64,000 nt of DNA, taken from NCBI RefSeq assembly GCF_009914755.1, contig NC_060940.1; one strand, given 5' to 3'. Position numbers and translations under genes: made by a program. Shown here in pieces: positions 11,286 through 25,450 of this stretch; the first letter of the stretch is position 1, and each line of letters begins with the position of its first letter. The notes below the pieces were generated by a model. That model was not told where the DNA came from and did not search any database. It saw only the letters and a program-made list of their open reading frames with translations. This DNA comes from the human T2T-CHM13v2.0 reference genome, Homo sapiens.

Positions 11286-13264
11286 GCTGATTTTCATATT
11301 GCTCTCATTGCCATCCACATCCGAGGGAGTAAATTAGCGGGATCCACAAGCCACGGATGAGCCTTGAACCAGAGAAGCCACAAACTAGCATTTAGGACTT
11401 CCTGAGGCTCAGGTATGAGCAATGCTGCCCAAGTGCATGGCATGAAACCCACTACAGACCATCGGAAACCTCTTGAGGACACCATTCCTCTCTGGTAGCC
11501 TTTGGGGCATCATTGAACATTGGGTCAGCATGTTAGATACGATGAAGTTCCAGATCCAAGGACAAGCCCTTTAGATGCCTAGTATATGGCTCTGCCCTGG
11601 CATTTAACGCCCAGGAGATTATATTACCCTATCAAGCTTATAGAAAATGGACGCAGGTACAATATATCTTATCTACTGCCACATTGATAAAGTCTACAGA
11701 GAAAATAGTGGGTCTTTTAGGACTTACCCATTGAGCCTTTTATTTTAAGTGACACATTCTAGTACGGACTTAATTGTAATTCTGATAACATTACTTGTAA
11801 TACTGTCTCCAGTCCTTGGAATTAATTTGACTGGAAAAAATCCAGAAGGACTTAAATGTTTCTCATTAAAAGCATTATAGATAACTTATTAGACATTGTG
11901 ACTAATTGTAGTATGGCCCAATGTAAAGCCATCCCAATTAAGATGCTGTTTCTTCTCTTGTGATTAGTTGGCAAACCTTTTCCATACAACTGTGCCCTCT
12001 AGAATGTAGATCAATTAAGCATATATAATTGGACGGAACCATTTGCTCCCCAGTTATCACCCTCTCCAGTGAGATATACCCCAGCCGGGTTGGTAGGCTT
12101 GTGAAGACAAATGTCCTGATCTCACTTTAGGGAGTTGACAAATGGATCTCTATAAGGCAGCTTATGTGCTAAATATTTCTCCTGGCCCCATTGGCAGAGA
12201 TGTAGTCTGTTTTCCCAGTACAGAGAATTTCTTGCAGCCTGTACATTTTCCCTTTAAAAGATAAAGAGAAACCATTATGCAGTTTTTATTCCTGACCTGC
12301 CTCAAGGAGCAGATACGGACTGGAAAGCAGCCCCTGTTGGATAATTGCTGCTTGTCTCAGAGTTTGAGATTCTGCCGGGGTTTCTTGAGTCACCGAGCAT
12401 ATGGGGCTTCAGGTTGGACTGCCCACTCCAGTGCCTGAGAATTTACTGGGAAGTTTTAATAAAGTAGAGCAGAAATTTTCCAGCTGCATCCGAAATATTT
12501 GATGTCATGCTGAATTGCAAATCCCTAGTCGGAACATTTGAACATCATCTAGAGGGATCAGGAAATAACCCAAAGGTTTGGTAGGCGACTTAGAACAATG
12601 GCTGCTCTTAAGAGGGAACAATTTAGAGCGATTTCTTTCCTCTTCCTTCTCTCCACCTTCCCCACTGATTTCTCCTTCACGCACCTATGGGTGTGAAATG
12701 AGAAAAAAATATCACTTGAAACCAAATCAAAAGCTACAGCAATTCTGGAATTAATAAAAGCTCACATGTAGAAGGAAGTGTGGGTTTATGGGTAGGGTGA
12801 CCATGCACTACCCAGGTTTGCTTTACCTGAAGGCAGCGGGGCACACGTACTGAGGACTATTGGGTAGAAGGACAGATGGGGCTATAATTAGGGGATGAGC
12901 TTCCAACAGATTCTCGGAATGAGCTAGGCATTTGCAATGTTCAGAGTATATAGACTGGCACGTAATTTGGGGTAGTCGGGTATGAAACTTATAGACACAT
13001 CCATGGATTTCCCTTTAATAAATCGTCTCTTCTAGTAGTCATTTGTCATCAACGAGCAATTCAGTAAAAGTTGGAATTGAGCATAATGTTGCATATCATT
13101 TCAGAACATCTGGCCCTAATATGTAGTAACAGCTGTTTAGTACCTGAGATATAAACAAAACATTTTTCCCATGGCTGTCACTGTTCCTCCTCCTGGAGGT
13201 GCAGTATCACCAAGGCTTCTCTGTATTTCCTATCATGGGTAATAGTAACAATATCAATAACACA

Positions 13265-13455
13265 ATGATGATTATCATGTATTGTTTAACTATGTGTCAT
13301 ACACTATGTCAAGCACTTTTCATATATGATCTTGGTAAATCCTCATGCCAGCCTTTCGTGGGTATTAGATGGCGAGGGGAAAGTCATCAAGCCAGAGACT
13401 GACTACTTTGAAAATTGAATACAAGTCTGTCCAGTGCTACAGCTAACATTCTTTA
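13265..13455 (-). mobile_element. MIR fragment
   Basis: attgtttaactatgtgtcatacactatgtcaagcacttttcatat...aatcctca. Confidence 0.65.
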
Positions 13456-14176
13456 AGTACTAAAATAAATTGCTTGTAAATAAAGTAAATGAAAAAAGAA
13501 CACAACTGTGTAAGTCACAAATGAAGAAGGCAACAAAAGGGAACCCAGAAGGGTTTTTTATTTTTTGGTGTGGTCTTCCTTTGTTTGGGATGTAAGACAC
13601 TGATTTTCCTGCTATATTATAGTATGTACACTGTTACGAGGTGGCAGTGCAGTACCTTGGTCATGTAAGCCAATCAACAAGACTTGTTCTTTTCCTGATG
13701 TTCAAGGGAGTAATTCCTTAAGCAAAATCACATTTATACACATGTCTTTTCAAATTTTTAACCAAATATTTCAAAATCAGTTGTTTAAGAAAACGATTAC
13801 ACCTATACCTTCAATATCAAAGCAGATCAATTTTTAAAACAAATTTACTAACGTAGTCTTCAGATACATAGGTTTGTTTTTCTCACTAATCCTTTGTGGT
13901 CACTGAAAGAGCATAGGCCACCCCAGTCTTTTGCCCAGATAGTGATGAAAATGCTGATCTTCGTGAATCCAACTGAAATTTTAACTTCGTGCCCAAGCTG
14001 TTCTAGAACTCAATTTATCAGATCCAGATTTGGTATTCTAAAGACTAGAGTGTTTTACTTTCTGGGTGTTCTTTGGGCTTCTTTTCTATTCATGACCCTT
14101 TGGATTATAAAAGAAGAGAAACACCATGGGGCAGATATGTCCAAGAATAAAGAAAAGAGAAAGTTGCGCACCTGAG

Positions 14177-14195
14177 AAGTGCCCCCTGCTGGCCA
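14177..14195 (-). promoter_or_regulatory. Near-consensus CTCF binding motif
   Basis: The minus strand reads TGGCCAGCAGGGGGCACTT, versus the CTCF consensus TGGCCASYAGRKGGCRSYA. It lies in unique sequence. Confidence 0.7.
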
Positions 14196-14374
14196 GCATC
14201 ATTTCTCTGTGTCTCACTACAGAAGGAGGTCTTTGTTTATGAATTCTGCCCTCCCCCTCTTGCCCTGACACTATCACCTGCTTTGGAAAGAATGGCATCA
14301 TTTCCAGAATGCCCCTAGGGGCATTAGCTTCTCTTCTACACTCTCTCTCTTGCTTTTCAATATGGAAGTTAACA

Positions 14375-14610
14375 ACGCAGTCTTTGAAGCTGGGCCGATT
14401 GGATTTCAAATTCTAACTCAGTAACTTCCCAACTGTGAGTTTGAGCAAGGTATACCTCTTAAGGCTCAGTGTTTTCATCTGTAAAACAGGAATAAAATAG
14501 AAATAATAACAATAACTATCTCATGGGGTTATTATAAGAGTCAACTGATATAATGTATGCACACCATTGAGCAGTGTGTCTTCCTCATTATTACTCCTTG
14601 ATAGATAGCT
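14375..14610 (+). mobile_element. MIR
   Basis: tgagtttgagcaag...aggctcagtgttttcatctgtaaaacaggaata...tctcatggggttatt. Confidence 0.82.
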
Positions 14611-15055
14611 AGAATTACTGAGCATCCGACTTAGAAGTCTAATTCTCTATTTTGATTTTATTCCTAAACTCCCATGTATGCACCACCACCTTAAACTCGG
14701 TACATCTATCTAGGCCGTGATGACCCCTCTACTGGCAGCTTTAGTCCCTCCCTAATCACTGTATTTCTATCATTGATATTAATATTCTTGAAATCACCCG
14801 GATTCGAAATGTCCAGTATCATTCTTGGCTCTTCCCTCCACTCTTCTCTGATCCTTTCGCACCATATCATCCCCTACTGCTTCCCCACACCTCTATCTAG
14901 GTGATCAGTCACCAACTCCTATTATTTCCTCCTCCATCTGCCTTGTAAATCTTAATTCCATTCTCCTCACTGATTCACTGTTCTCCATAGAATTCCTTGT
15001 GACTTTCTTGGAGGTGGGGATCTCATGTTTCCTTTAAGAAAGGAAATATATATGT

Positions 15056-15057
<2 letters not shown>

Positions 15058-15099
<42 letters not shown>

Positions 15100-15110
15100 A
15101 CACACACACA
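15058..15110. repeat. (CA)n microsatellite at the Alu tail
   Basis: About 26 CA units with one TA interruption. Confidence 0.97.
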
Positions 15111-15121
15111 AAATATATATA

Positions 15122-15442
15122 TTTGGAGACAGAGCCTCACTGTGTTGCCCAGGCTGGAGTGCAGTGACATGATCATGACTCACTGCCACCTCTACCTCCT
15201 GGGCTCAAATCTTCCTTCTGCCTCAGCCTCCTGAGCAGCTGGGACCGCAGGATTGCGTGCCACCATGTATGGCTAATTTTTATAAAGTTTTCTTTTTTTT
15301 TTTTTTTTTTTTTTTTTTTTGTAGAGATGATGGGGTCTTCCTGTGTTGCCCAGGCTGGTCTCGAACTCCTGGGCTCAAGCAATCTTTCCACCTTGGCCTT
15401 ACAGAATGCTGGGATTATAGGCATCAGTCACTGTGCCCAGCC
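15122..15442 (-). mobile_element. AluJ
   Basis: AluJ features (ctcctgggctcaagc in both arms, gatcatgactcactgc) and an expanded middle T28 at 15293-15320. Confidence 0.93.
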
Positions 15443-15577
15443 CCAGGAAACATGTTTTATTTCTTGTGCCCCCATCAGTGTTCGACGAAGCCCCGGGTAG
15501 GAATTTGGTAGATGCAGGTGGTTGATTAATTTCCCCTTCCTTTTGTTTCTCTTCTCAGCCGTGTGTCTCTTTCCTCT

Positions 15578-16050
15578 GTCATTCATTCAACCATTCATTC
15601 ATTCGTTCAATAAACACTTACTGAGGTTCACACTCAGTCAAGGAACTGAGAACACTAATGCCATTACTAGTTCTCTCTAGAAACTCACTAGCAGGAAATA
15701 AAAGTATCCCCAAGGAGAAAGCCTTGGGAATTAAAATTTTTTGCACAACAAACGTTTATTGAGCACTGACTGTGGCACTTTGCTTTTTAGTGATGAACAA
15801 GATGGACACAACCCCAGCCCTGGTGGAGCTTAAAACCTCACAGGTATTAGATGAGCATGAGATAAATAATTCTACGAGCCATGAAAGTCATGAAAGGGAG
15901 AATGCAACAGCACAACAAAAAGGTTTTCATTTCTGAGATGGCGAGAGCCTCCCTAAAGAAATCATATTTAAACCTATGTTGAGAAATCGAGTATAGTTTA
16001 GTTAAACCTGTATATGTTGAGGGCAGGAGGCAGAGTGTTCACACTAGAGT
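15578..16050 (-). mobile_element. L2 3' fragments
   Basis: (ATTC)n tail plus aaacacttactgag, and aaacgtttattgagcactgactgtg...ccagccctggtggagctta. Confidence 0.75.
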
Positions 16051-18414
16051 GGGCAGAGAATGATTGCTCCACAACTTTACAGGCATGGGTTCTTGACATA
16101 TGCATACAAGCTCATCCATGTGGAAGTGTTAGCAACAGAGGCAACTGTATGGGCAGCAACTCCAGGTCCTCAAAAACTGAGAAAACTAAAATTCTATCCA
16201 GGTCCGGCAATGTGTGCTTTCTGCATCTTTAGTATGTGAGTTGGTTTAGTTTGTTAATTAAGCCTATGGAACAAAAGTGTTCTTTCTCCTCCAGACTTTC
16301 AAAGGATGTACTCTAGGGCTCGAAGAAGGGGAACAGAGCTGATTATGTTGGTCCTCTTGTTTGTGTTTTTCTTCCCATTTAAGAACGTACATTTGAAGGT
16401 GCAGTCTTGAAATTCTTGATATGGATGGCAGACACTTGTAATGAGAGAGGAATTAGCAGAAAATCACACCTCATTTCAATAAATCTTCACCCCTTAAGGC
16501 AGCCTGGTGCCCTTCCTGCATTGGCCTATGGAAGTCACCATCTGGACTGGGAGGATTGATGACTTCAGTTTCACCCCTTTCTAAATAGTGTTTATGAAGA
16601 TCCCTTTCTTCAGGTCAGACTAGAGATTGTACCTACAAATAATATTGTAATTGGACCACTTAGTTTTCATCTTTGATTTGAGGTATTTGAAATGAATGTG
16701 AGATTAAAGCAAATGAAGGGGCATGAGAAGTGTTAGCAATTCTCCAGACAGGGAAAATTTCTTTTCATTCTGTCTCCATGATATCAAACTGAAATCCTCA
16801 GTTAACCACAGCAGGGGCAAGTGCCTGAGTTGAAAATGTCTTCATCCTTGTATTCTTAATTCATCACCTGAGAAGTCCTTGGATCAGGTACGTGAAACCA
16901 GAAGAGAGATCTCCCTGGGGATTTCATAGATGGTGGATATTTAAATATGCAAAACATTATTGAGAAATATGAGATGTGTCAGCCATCTCCTGTGCTAACA
17001 TTTTTTCCAAGTCAATTACTTTGTGGATGTTTGAGGTGGGGGCACACTGGAAAGAAAGAAAGAAAGACAGGAGGAACTAAATTATTTATAATTATGGTAT
17101 GTGTTGGCGGGACGGGGGCTGCCTTCTGAGACACAAATGGATGACAAAGAATAAGTTATCTCTCTATAGATAGAATGTGGCAATAATTGCATTGTCTCTG
17201 GATTCAAAAAGTCATAATCTATTAATTTGATGGATATCAAAAAGCTATAATCTGTCAATCAGGTGTCAGAAGAAAGAGTCTCTCAAAGCTTTGAAGCATG
17301 GCATTTAGAATACCCCTGGATACCTTTATTTCTATTCTAATATTAATAGGAAGGAAGGATACAAACATTTTTGGCATAGTTAGGGAATGGATATCATTTT
17401 AGCTGTCTTAATAATTTTGCAACTTAAAAATCGTATTGGATAAGGGTGCCGTATTGAAAAAAATGTGTAAAAGACACACTACAGTGAATTAGAGGGAGAT
17501 AATTTCATCCTAAGATTTCTCTGACATTACGCATTGTGGCATCGCTTTCTTGGTTTAAATGTGAAATAGAACCTGAGATTATTTTTCATAAATTTATCTA
17601 GCCCATCTATTATTTCTCTATATTATATGGCTGTATACTTGAAACATACCAATGGGGACTGAAGAAAATGCTTAAGTCTATAAATGGAATGTCAAACTGA
17701 TGGAAGGAGGAAATTGGAGATGTCACACACAGTAAAAACACAGCTTTTCCAGGACCCAGTAAGCTTGCCATTACCAAGGAATTAAGGTATTCTCCTCTGG
17801 TAGGAAAAGAATTTGACTCCTTGGCCCAGCACAGTTTCAAAGCTGCATGAAGTCACGTTTGCCTCATTACAATTCCTTTGGTTAAAGATGCTTTTCTAAG
17901 TACTTCAGAAAATGTATGCAAAAATATTTTTTGGTGCGGAGGCCACCAAACCCGCTGGACTCACGTTCCTGCTTTTGGCAAGCAAAGCAAAAGAACCTTC
18001 TGGGTTCCCTTCCTGCCTTTCCTACTGAGATCAAGCTGAAGGTGGAATTTTTCTATATATCCAGTTCAGCCTTTGTGACCTCTGCCTTTAACACAAACAC
18101 CTTGTTTAAAAAGTAGACTTGAGGGAGGGCACTTGAGTTCAGAAGCCAAAAGAAATGGGTATTGCTCTTTCCGCGCTAAGCAGTTCTGAACCTAGACCAT
18201 ATCCTTGGGAGACCAGAGCAGCTGTAAGCAGCAAACTGCCTCTTTTCTGCCTCCCTGTGAACCTGCTTCCCTGGAGGGTATGCTCAAACTCAATTCCCTG
18301 TTTTATTGTTCAAAGGACAGGGAAGAAAGGAGGGAGAAAAGATTGATTAAGCCCCCAGTCTGTGCCTGGCAACATTCTAGGTGCTTTGTATCTGAAAATC
18401 TATTTTATTTTCAC

Positions 18415-19850
<1,436 letters not shown>

Positions 19851-21563
19851 TTACTGCTGTGTAGATAAGGCAGATAGGATTAGGTTCTTTCAACAGTGAG
19901 GAAATCAGAGCTCATTCTAACTTAAGGGTTTAGAAGTATCAGAGGCAGGACTCTGACCCGGGTCTCCAGACTCACAAAACACAATACACTATAAGGTCTA
20001 CAATAGCACTGACAGATATTTTTTAAAGGTTCCTCTCATCTCACTATACTAACACAAATGTTTTCAGTTCTACAATCTACATTTCCCCCTCCAATTTTTC
20101 TCCTCTTTTTTGACTGCCTTGATGGTTTCAGTGGGTCCTGGTTAAGCCTGTCTTTAAGTTTCTAATCAAACTAATCCAAGTGAATTTGGCTTCTGACCTT
20201 GCTCTCACATATTTGCCATCTCTAAATGATTGATGTCTGCTTGATCCCTGTTGGAAAAGCGTCTGAAGATATGATCCAGAAAATCTATAGTTGCAAATCT
20301 AGCATAATTTTAATGAATCGTGGTCAGAATAGTAAGAAGCATTGCACAGAAGGCTTGCATAAAAAATATGCATCTTCTGTCATCTTCACCCTCTACACTG
20401 GCCTCCCAAGTCCCCATGGAAGGTATCTAGTACGGGAAACTTTCTTTTCCTGTAAGAATGTTGTGGCCAAACATGCTGTGTATTGGATGGATGGATGGGA
20501 GGATGATTTATATTTTCATCTCGGTATAGTTCATAGGTCTAGGATCAGAAATAAACTAGAATAAATATAAATATTGCTTTACTTAACGTTGGTTTAAAAT
20601 GCAAATGCATGGCATACAGAAAAAACTTTTTTTTTTTTTTTTAGCTCTGAAAGCTCAATTTTTACTACATGATTTCCCTAGTAGAAGTACTTTTTGCAGG
20701 GTATAAGAATTTTCTGTTTGCTTATCTGTTTTCAATCTAGAATGTTCACTTCTTAAGGGCAAGGAATAGGTTATGTTTACCTTCTTATCTCTGGAGACTT
20801 GTATAATCCTAGCTGGTCCTAAGTACTCAAAAGTTTTCTTGAATGAAACAAAGCCTTCTCCGGATGAGGAAGCTTGTCAGAAGCTTGAGTGACTGGTAAG
20901 GAGGGTGAATCTCTGCTGCTGATTTACTAAGAAATATTTGGATCTTTCCTTGAAGCTAAGGGTATATACCTACTTCTGTGCAAAACAGGTGGCATGGCTG
21001 GCCCTTGAAGAGTACACAGTTTAAGGAGACAGTAATGGGTACAGTTATCTTCTTAAAGATCTGGGCCACTTTGTTCCTGAAAAAGTGTGGGAAGTTTCTC
21101 TCTTAGGCAGTCTATCTCTTAGAGCCCAGTACTCACAGCAAAATATTTATAAAAGAAAACAACTCTTTCATCATCCCTGACATAGCCTGCCCTCAGCCTA
21201 GAAAGAAAAGGCCAATAATTGGGACTGTGTGGTTCCAGGAGATAGGACAGAAGGATAGGGCCAATTCAACAGGTAAGAAAGACAGCACACTCAAGGGAGC
21301 AGACTCCAGTTGATCACCGCTGTGGGCAGCTGAGGCACACTCCTCCCAAGACAGCTATAGAAAGTGCCTCAGAAATGTCTGTCTCTAGGACACGGTTCCC
21401 ATTATCCATGGGTCAAAGCTTGCCCGAGGAACGCCAGCTCCTTTGCATTCCCAAACTTTGCAAGCATGTGTCATACTGCAGGTTCTCTTGGGTATTCCAT
21501 TGTAAGGAGTCTGAGAAGCTCCAAGGAAGAATGCAGAAATACGGGGTATAGCTGAGGCCAGGT

Positions 21564-21637
21564 GCTGTCTGATCATATACCTGGGAAGCTGTTGTTGATC
21601 ACGTACCTGGGAAGCTGTCTGATCACATACCTGGGAA
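21564..21637 (+). repeat. Minisatellite, 3 x 24-26 bp
   Basis: gctgtctgatcatatacctgggaa / gctgttgttgatcacgtacctgggaa / gctgtctgatcacatacctgggaa. Confidence 0.93.
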
Positions 21638-22544
21638 CCTGGTTGTTATATCCATGGCTGGGGAGCAGGGTAGCAGGGAGCAAGAACTGTCCAACATAAT
21701 CTAGTTTACCTGTGGACTTTCAAAGGTTTGCAAAGATTTACCTCCTACTAAAATGGCTTGTGAGCATGGAAGGCTTAAACATTAGCAGAGCAGGTAGAAA
21801 AATAACGCCTGGTAAGATGCCAAATGGTGGAAACCGAGGCAGAAGATAGTCCTCTGGACAAGGTCAGCATAATCTAGTACATATGAACTCACTCACGCTC
21901 CTGCATCAGACTCCCCTGGTTTTGGAATCTGTCTCTGTTGCTTCCCAGTGGAACCTGAGAACATTGTTTAATCAGCCTTGGTTATGTATTCGTCGTCAGA
22001 TAAATAGGGACGTTAATACCAACCTCATACTGTTTAGATTTTGGATCATTTACAATGAGAATGTGTTCATCTGTTACCTGTGTAACTGAACATAATAATA
22101 CTATGTTTGAACAGATTTCAAAAATGGGTTTGGATCTGATTTTAAAACATTTGAAACAGATGTGGAACAAGTTTTTAAAGAAGGAACCCTATCTCATAAG
22201 ATTGTCAGGATCATTAAACATCACGAGTATGAGCCCACAGGAAACCTTCAGTATATCGTGATCTTCTTGACGGTGGTGAAGAAGGACAAGGAAGACCACC
22301 ACCATAACACACGGGTCTTCTTTGGAATGGAGGTTCCAGGATCTATGGGGAATTTGCTTGTCCCTATCCACTCTCATCCCTCCACTGGGGAAGAGAGAGT
22401 TGGTGCCAGTCTTCCAGCGTAGGTCATTGTTGGCTCAGCATCTGGGAAGAATCTGGGCCTGCAGGAAGGACTCCTGGACAGTGCCATGAGCAGCTGATAA
22501 AGACCAAGAGAGGGGAATGTGGGGCCTGGTCTAATGAGAGTTAC

Positions 22545-22765
22545 TGCCATAACTGGCATTTACTGAGCACATCCTATATGTGACTCTGTTCTAAGTACTT
22601 TCTGCATGTCGTGTGTTAGACATCAAGAGTCGAGGCACCCTCATTCACATTCTACACATCATGAAACTGAGACTTGTAGAGGTTAGGTAGTTTGGCCCTC
22701 ATCACAGTGCCAGGAGGTGCGGGTGTAAGATTTGAACCCAGGAAGTGTGATTCTTGTAGCAATTG
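22545..22765 (-). mobile_element. MIR
   Basis: catttactgagcac...gttctaagtacttt...gaaactgagacttgtagaggttagg...gatttgaacccagg. Confidence 0.85.
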
Positions 22766-22904
22766 CTGTGTGGTTGAGATCTGGTCTGGGAAGTGGGGTA
22801 ACACAGAAGTGTGGATAGGACAGATTATTTCTGCGCTCCAAAGTTATGAATATATATACTCCAAAATATGCTTCAGTGACTGAGTGAGACATAAATGGGT
22901 TACT

Positions 22905-23360
22905 CTGTCAGTGATCATTATATTACTCCCCATCCCTGCATGCATGTTAGAAAGGCACACACAAGCTGGAATAATATGAATGACATTTAATAGACTATTT
23001 ACAAAAATGTTGGAAGATCTGGGGAAAACTAACGAAGGAACTTTCCGTACTTGAGGCCTATCAATAGCAGGAAGTTATTACTACCTCTAGGCCTGAAAGG
23101 GCAAGGAGAAGGGGGCCAATGGAACCAGGAGATAGAAGGCTGGTGGAGAGGACCGCCTAACCTGGGTGGTGGCCATAAAGCGAGGGAGCTGGAGAGAAAA
23201 AGACACCTTAAACTCACTTGCTCAGTAGCTCCCATGAGCCAAATCTAGTGGAAAGCCAGAGAAGAAAGTGAGAAGAGAAGGGAGCCCATAAAGAAGACAG
23301 GACTGCCTACAAAGGCCAGTGTCTCAGAGCACAAATGAGGATGCAGATGAGAGCAGGTCT
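22905..23360 (-). mobile_element. Ancient LTR (ERVL-like, subfamily not resolved)
   Basis: gactatttacaaaaatgt...tagcaggaagttattactacctctaggcctgaaagggcaagg resembles old eutherian LTRs. Confidence 0.55.
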
Positions 23361-23454
23361 GTTCTGGCATGGCAAAGGGGCTTGCCCAGCACTATCAGCA
23401 ATCTGCAAAAAGATATTCTTGGGAAGACTCTGGTGTCTGAAAGATTAAAGGGAA

Positions 23455-23820
23455 AATGCATCCACGTGATAAAATATTATTCAGCCAGAAGAAGGAATGA
23501 AGTACTCTTACATGCAATAACAGGGATGAACCTTGAAAACCTGATGCCGGTGGCAACGACCCCATACCGTGTGGTTCCATTTAGATGAAATGTCCAGAAT
23601 AGGCAATTCCATGGACACAGACAGTAGATTCGTGATTGCCAGGGGCGTGGAGGAGGAGGGAATGGGAAGTGGCTGCTACTGGGTACAGGATTTCCATTTG
23701 GGGAGGTGGAAACGTTGTGAAGCTAGATAGTGGTGATGGTTGCACAGCATTGATAGTGTTCCAGATGTCATTAATGGCCAATTTTATGTTATGTTTGTTT
23801 TCTGACAATTAAATAAGCAA
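23455..23820 (+). mobile_element. L1MB 3' end
   Basis: aaggaatgaagtact...gatgaaccttgaaaac...aaatgtccagaataggcaa...ctagatagtggtgatggttgcaca. Confidence 0.9.
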
Positions 23821-23932
23821 ATACATAAATGAGAAAGAATTTTTCTCTCATAATGTTTGTTTGCCTCTTACTCATTTTCTGAGCTAGTCACCAAAACGTA
23901 TCTGACACTTTCTTGCTTAACCTGGCGGGAGT

Positions 23933-24352
23933 GGTAGCGGATGCTCCTGGTGCCCCCGTTGCATTCCCTCACCTTTCTGCCAGCTCAGCTTCCAGTAGCC
24001 AGCGCCTGCCTGTGTTTCTCTGCCTGAGGGCTCTCTCCGGCTGCCAAAGCCCGTGTCCACGCACAGCAGTACCAGAGAATTACCAGGTCCCAGGAGCAGC
24101 ACTCGGGTGAGGACTGACATGCGTCAATGTGTAAACACCAACTTCCCTGCACTCCAGGTGGGGTCCAGAGCTCAGTGCGTCTTGCTGGCTCCCAGAGGCC
24201 CCAGCCCGGTTGAGCTCCAGTTGCCTGCAGCAGTTCCCAGGCTTAGTGCACTTGACTGTGCTGCCACCTCTCCTTTCATTTCCCCTCTTCCCTCCTGGTT
24301 TCTCCTTCACCTTCCAAATCAGGTGGGGCTCTCAAGCCCTTGGCTCAGGATT
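23933..24352 (+). mobile_element. LTR16-family (ERVL) solo LTR
   Basis: gtagcggatgct...tctctgcctgaggg...cccagaggccccagc..ttgagctccagttgcc...aagcccttggctcagg. Confidence 0.8.
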
Positions 24353-24496
24353 TATAATAACTACGGAGTAATAATAGATAACATGTATTGAATTTTTATT
24401 GTTAAAATGTGTATGAGAAGACACTGGCTTGTGTTCATTTTGCCTCTCTTGTTCCCAATGATAAGACTGCCTTCACGCATCAGGCAAATAACTATA

Positions 24497-24685
24497 ATTG
24501 GTTCCTGGACATTAGCATAAACAGAATCCCCTAGGGAAAGTGCTAAAAGTGCAGATTCCCAGGCCCCACCCATCAACATGCTGATTCCATCTGTCTAGGT
24601 GTGAGCCTTGGAATCTGCATTTATCAAGCTTTTCTGGTTCTTCTAATGCAGAATAGAGTAGAAAGTTTTCATTGAAAAACACTGG
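24497..24685. mobile_element. MER5 MITE
   Basis: cagaatcccctagggaaag...gcagattcccaggccccaccc...ggaatctgcatttatcaagct. Confidence 0.82.
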
Positions 24686-25279
24686 ACACTGGCATGATGA
24701 GAAACAGAGGAGAGGCCACCTATTGGAGGCAGGCACTGGCATCTGGTCAGTATTTCAACAAATGTGGTCCCTCAAGTTCTGCAGGGAGAAATACTCCATT
24801 ACATGTATACATTTACTTTCTCTTAAACTGATGGGATCCATATCCAAGTATGAAAGTTAATTTCGGTATTTAATAATCATTAAGTAAAGAGAGAGTGAAA
24901 TATCTACACTATGTAATTACATAAAACATGCTTCTGGCAGTATTTGCCCCCTAGGAAATTCAAATAGGAAGTCTCCAAGGAGCAAGGTTGTATTCTTGGA
25001 GGTGGACACAAAGTAATTGAGCTTTGCTAATGGAGATAATTAATTAGGAAACGGATGTGCTTGCTTCTGAGAAAAATATTGGAAAGATCTTCTGAGAAGG
25101 CCTAGCCCTCTGCTCTTGTAATTTTCCGAAGTCTGTGCCACCCTGAGGACTGGTGCTTCCCCTGAGCCATGACCCAGCCACAGTTAGGAATTAAGGGAGC
25201 AGAAAACACACAGCCATTGCCCACAGTTCAGGCTGGTCCTAAGAATGCCTGGGCCCTAGGAACACACTATCTCCAGGAA

Positions 25280-25450
25280 GCAGCTCTGAATTAGACCTCG
25301 GGTTCAAGTTCCAGCCCCCACTTATCAGCTTTCTGAACTTAGCCAAGTTATTCAGTTTCCATGGAGCTTAGTGTTCTCAGCTTAAAACTAGGGGTTGTAA
25401 TAGCAGAAACAGTCATCAGTATCCAGTGAAACAATGCTCTGCAGGAAAAT
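25280..25450 (+). mobile_element. MIR fragment
   Basis: gctctgaattagacctcgggttcaagttccagc...caagttattcag. Confidence 0.7.

Larger units (their letters stand above)
14630..15520 (+). mobile_element. L2 3' region, interrupted by an AluJ and a (CA)n
   Basis: Pyrimidine-rich L2-like body and a terminal ccttgtgactttcttggaggtggggatc...ttatttcttgtgccccca motif. Confidence 0.55.

Noticed and set aside
21564-21637. CRISPR-like repeat array
   Set aside because: The units are directly tandem with no unique spacers, the context is eukaryotic, and there are no cas genes.
22220-22262. Type I hammerhead-like layout (stem, ..AUGAG, GAAAC, GUA, stem)
   Set aside because: The invariant CUGA core reads AGUA, there is no G10.1-C11.1 pair, and stems II and III are only about 2 bp.
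22162-22422. 86-aa ORF with IVRIIKHHEY, reminiscent of the trypsin-family IIxHPxY motif
   Set aside because: It lacks the downstream catalytic Asp motif (DIALL) and cysteines, and there are no other exons. Chance similarity.
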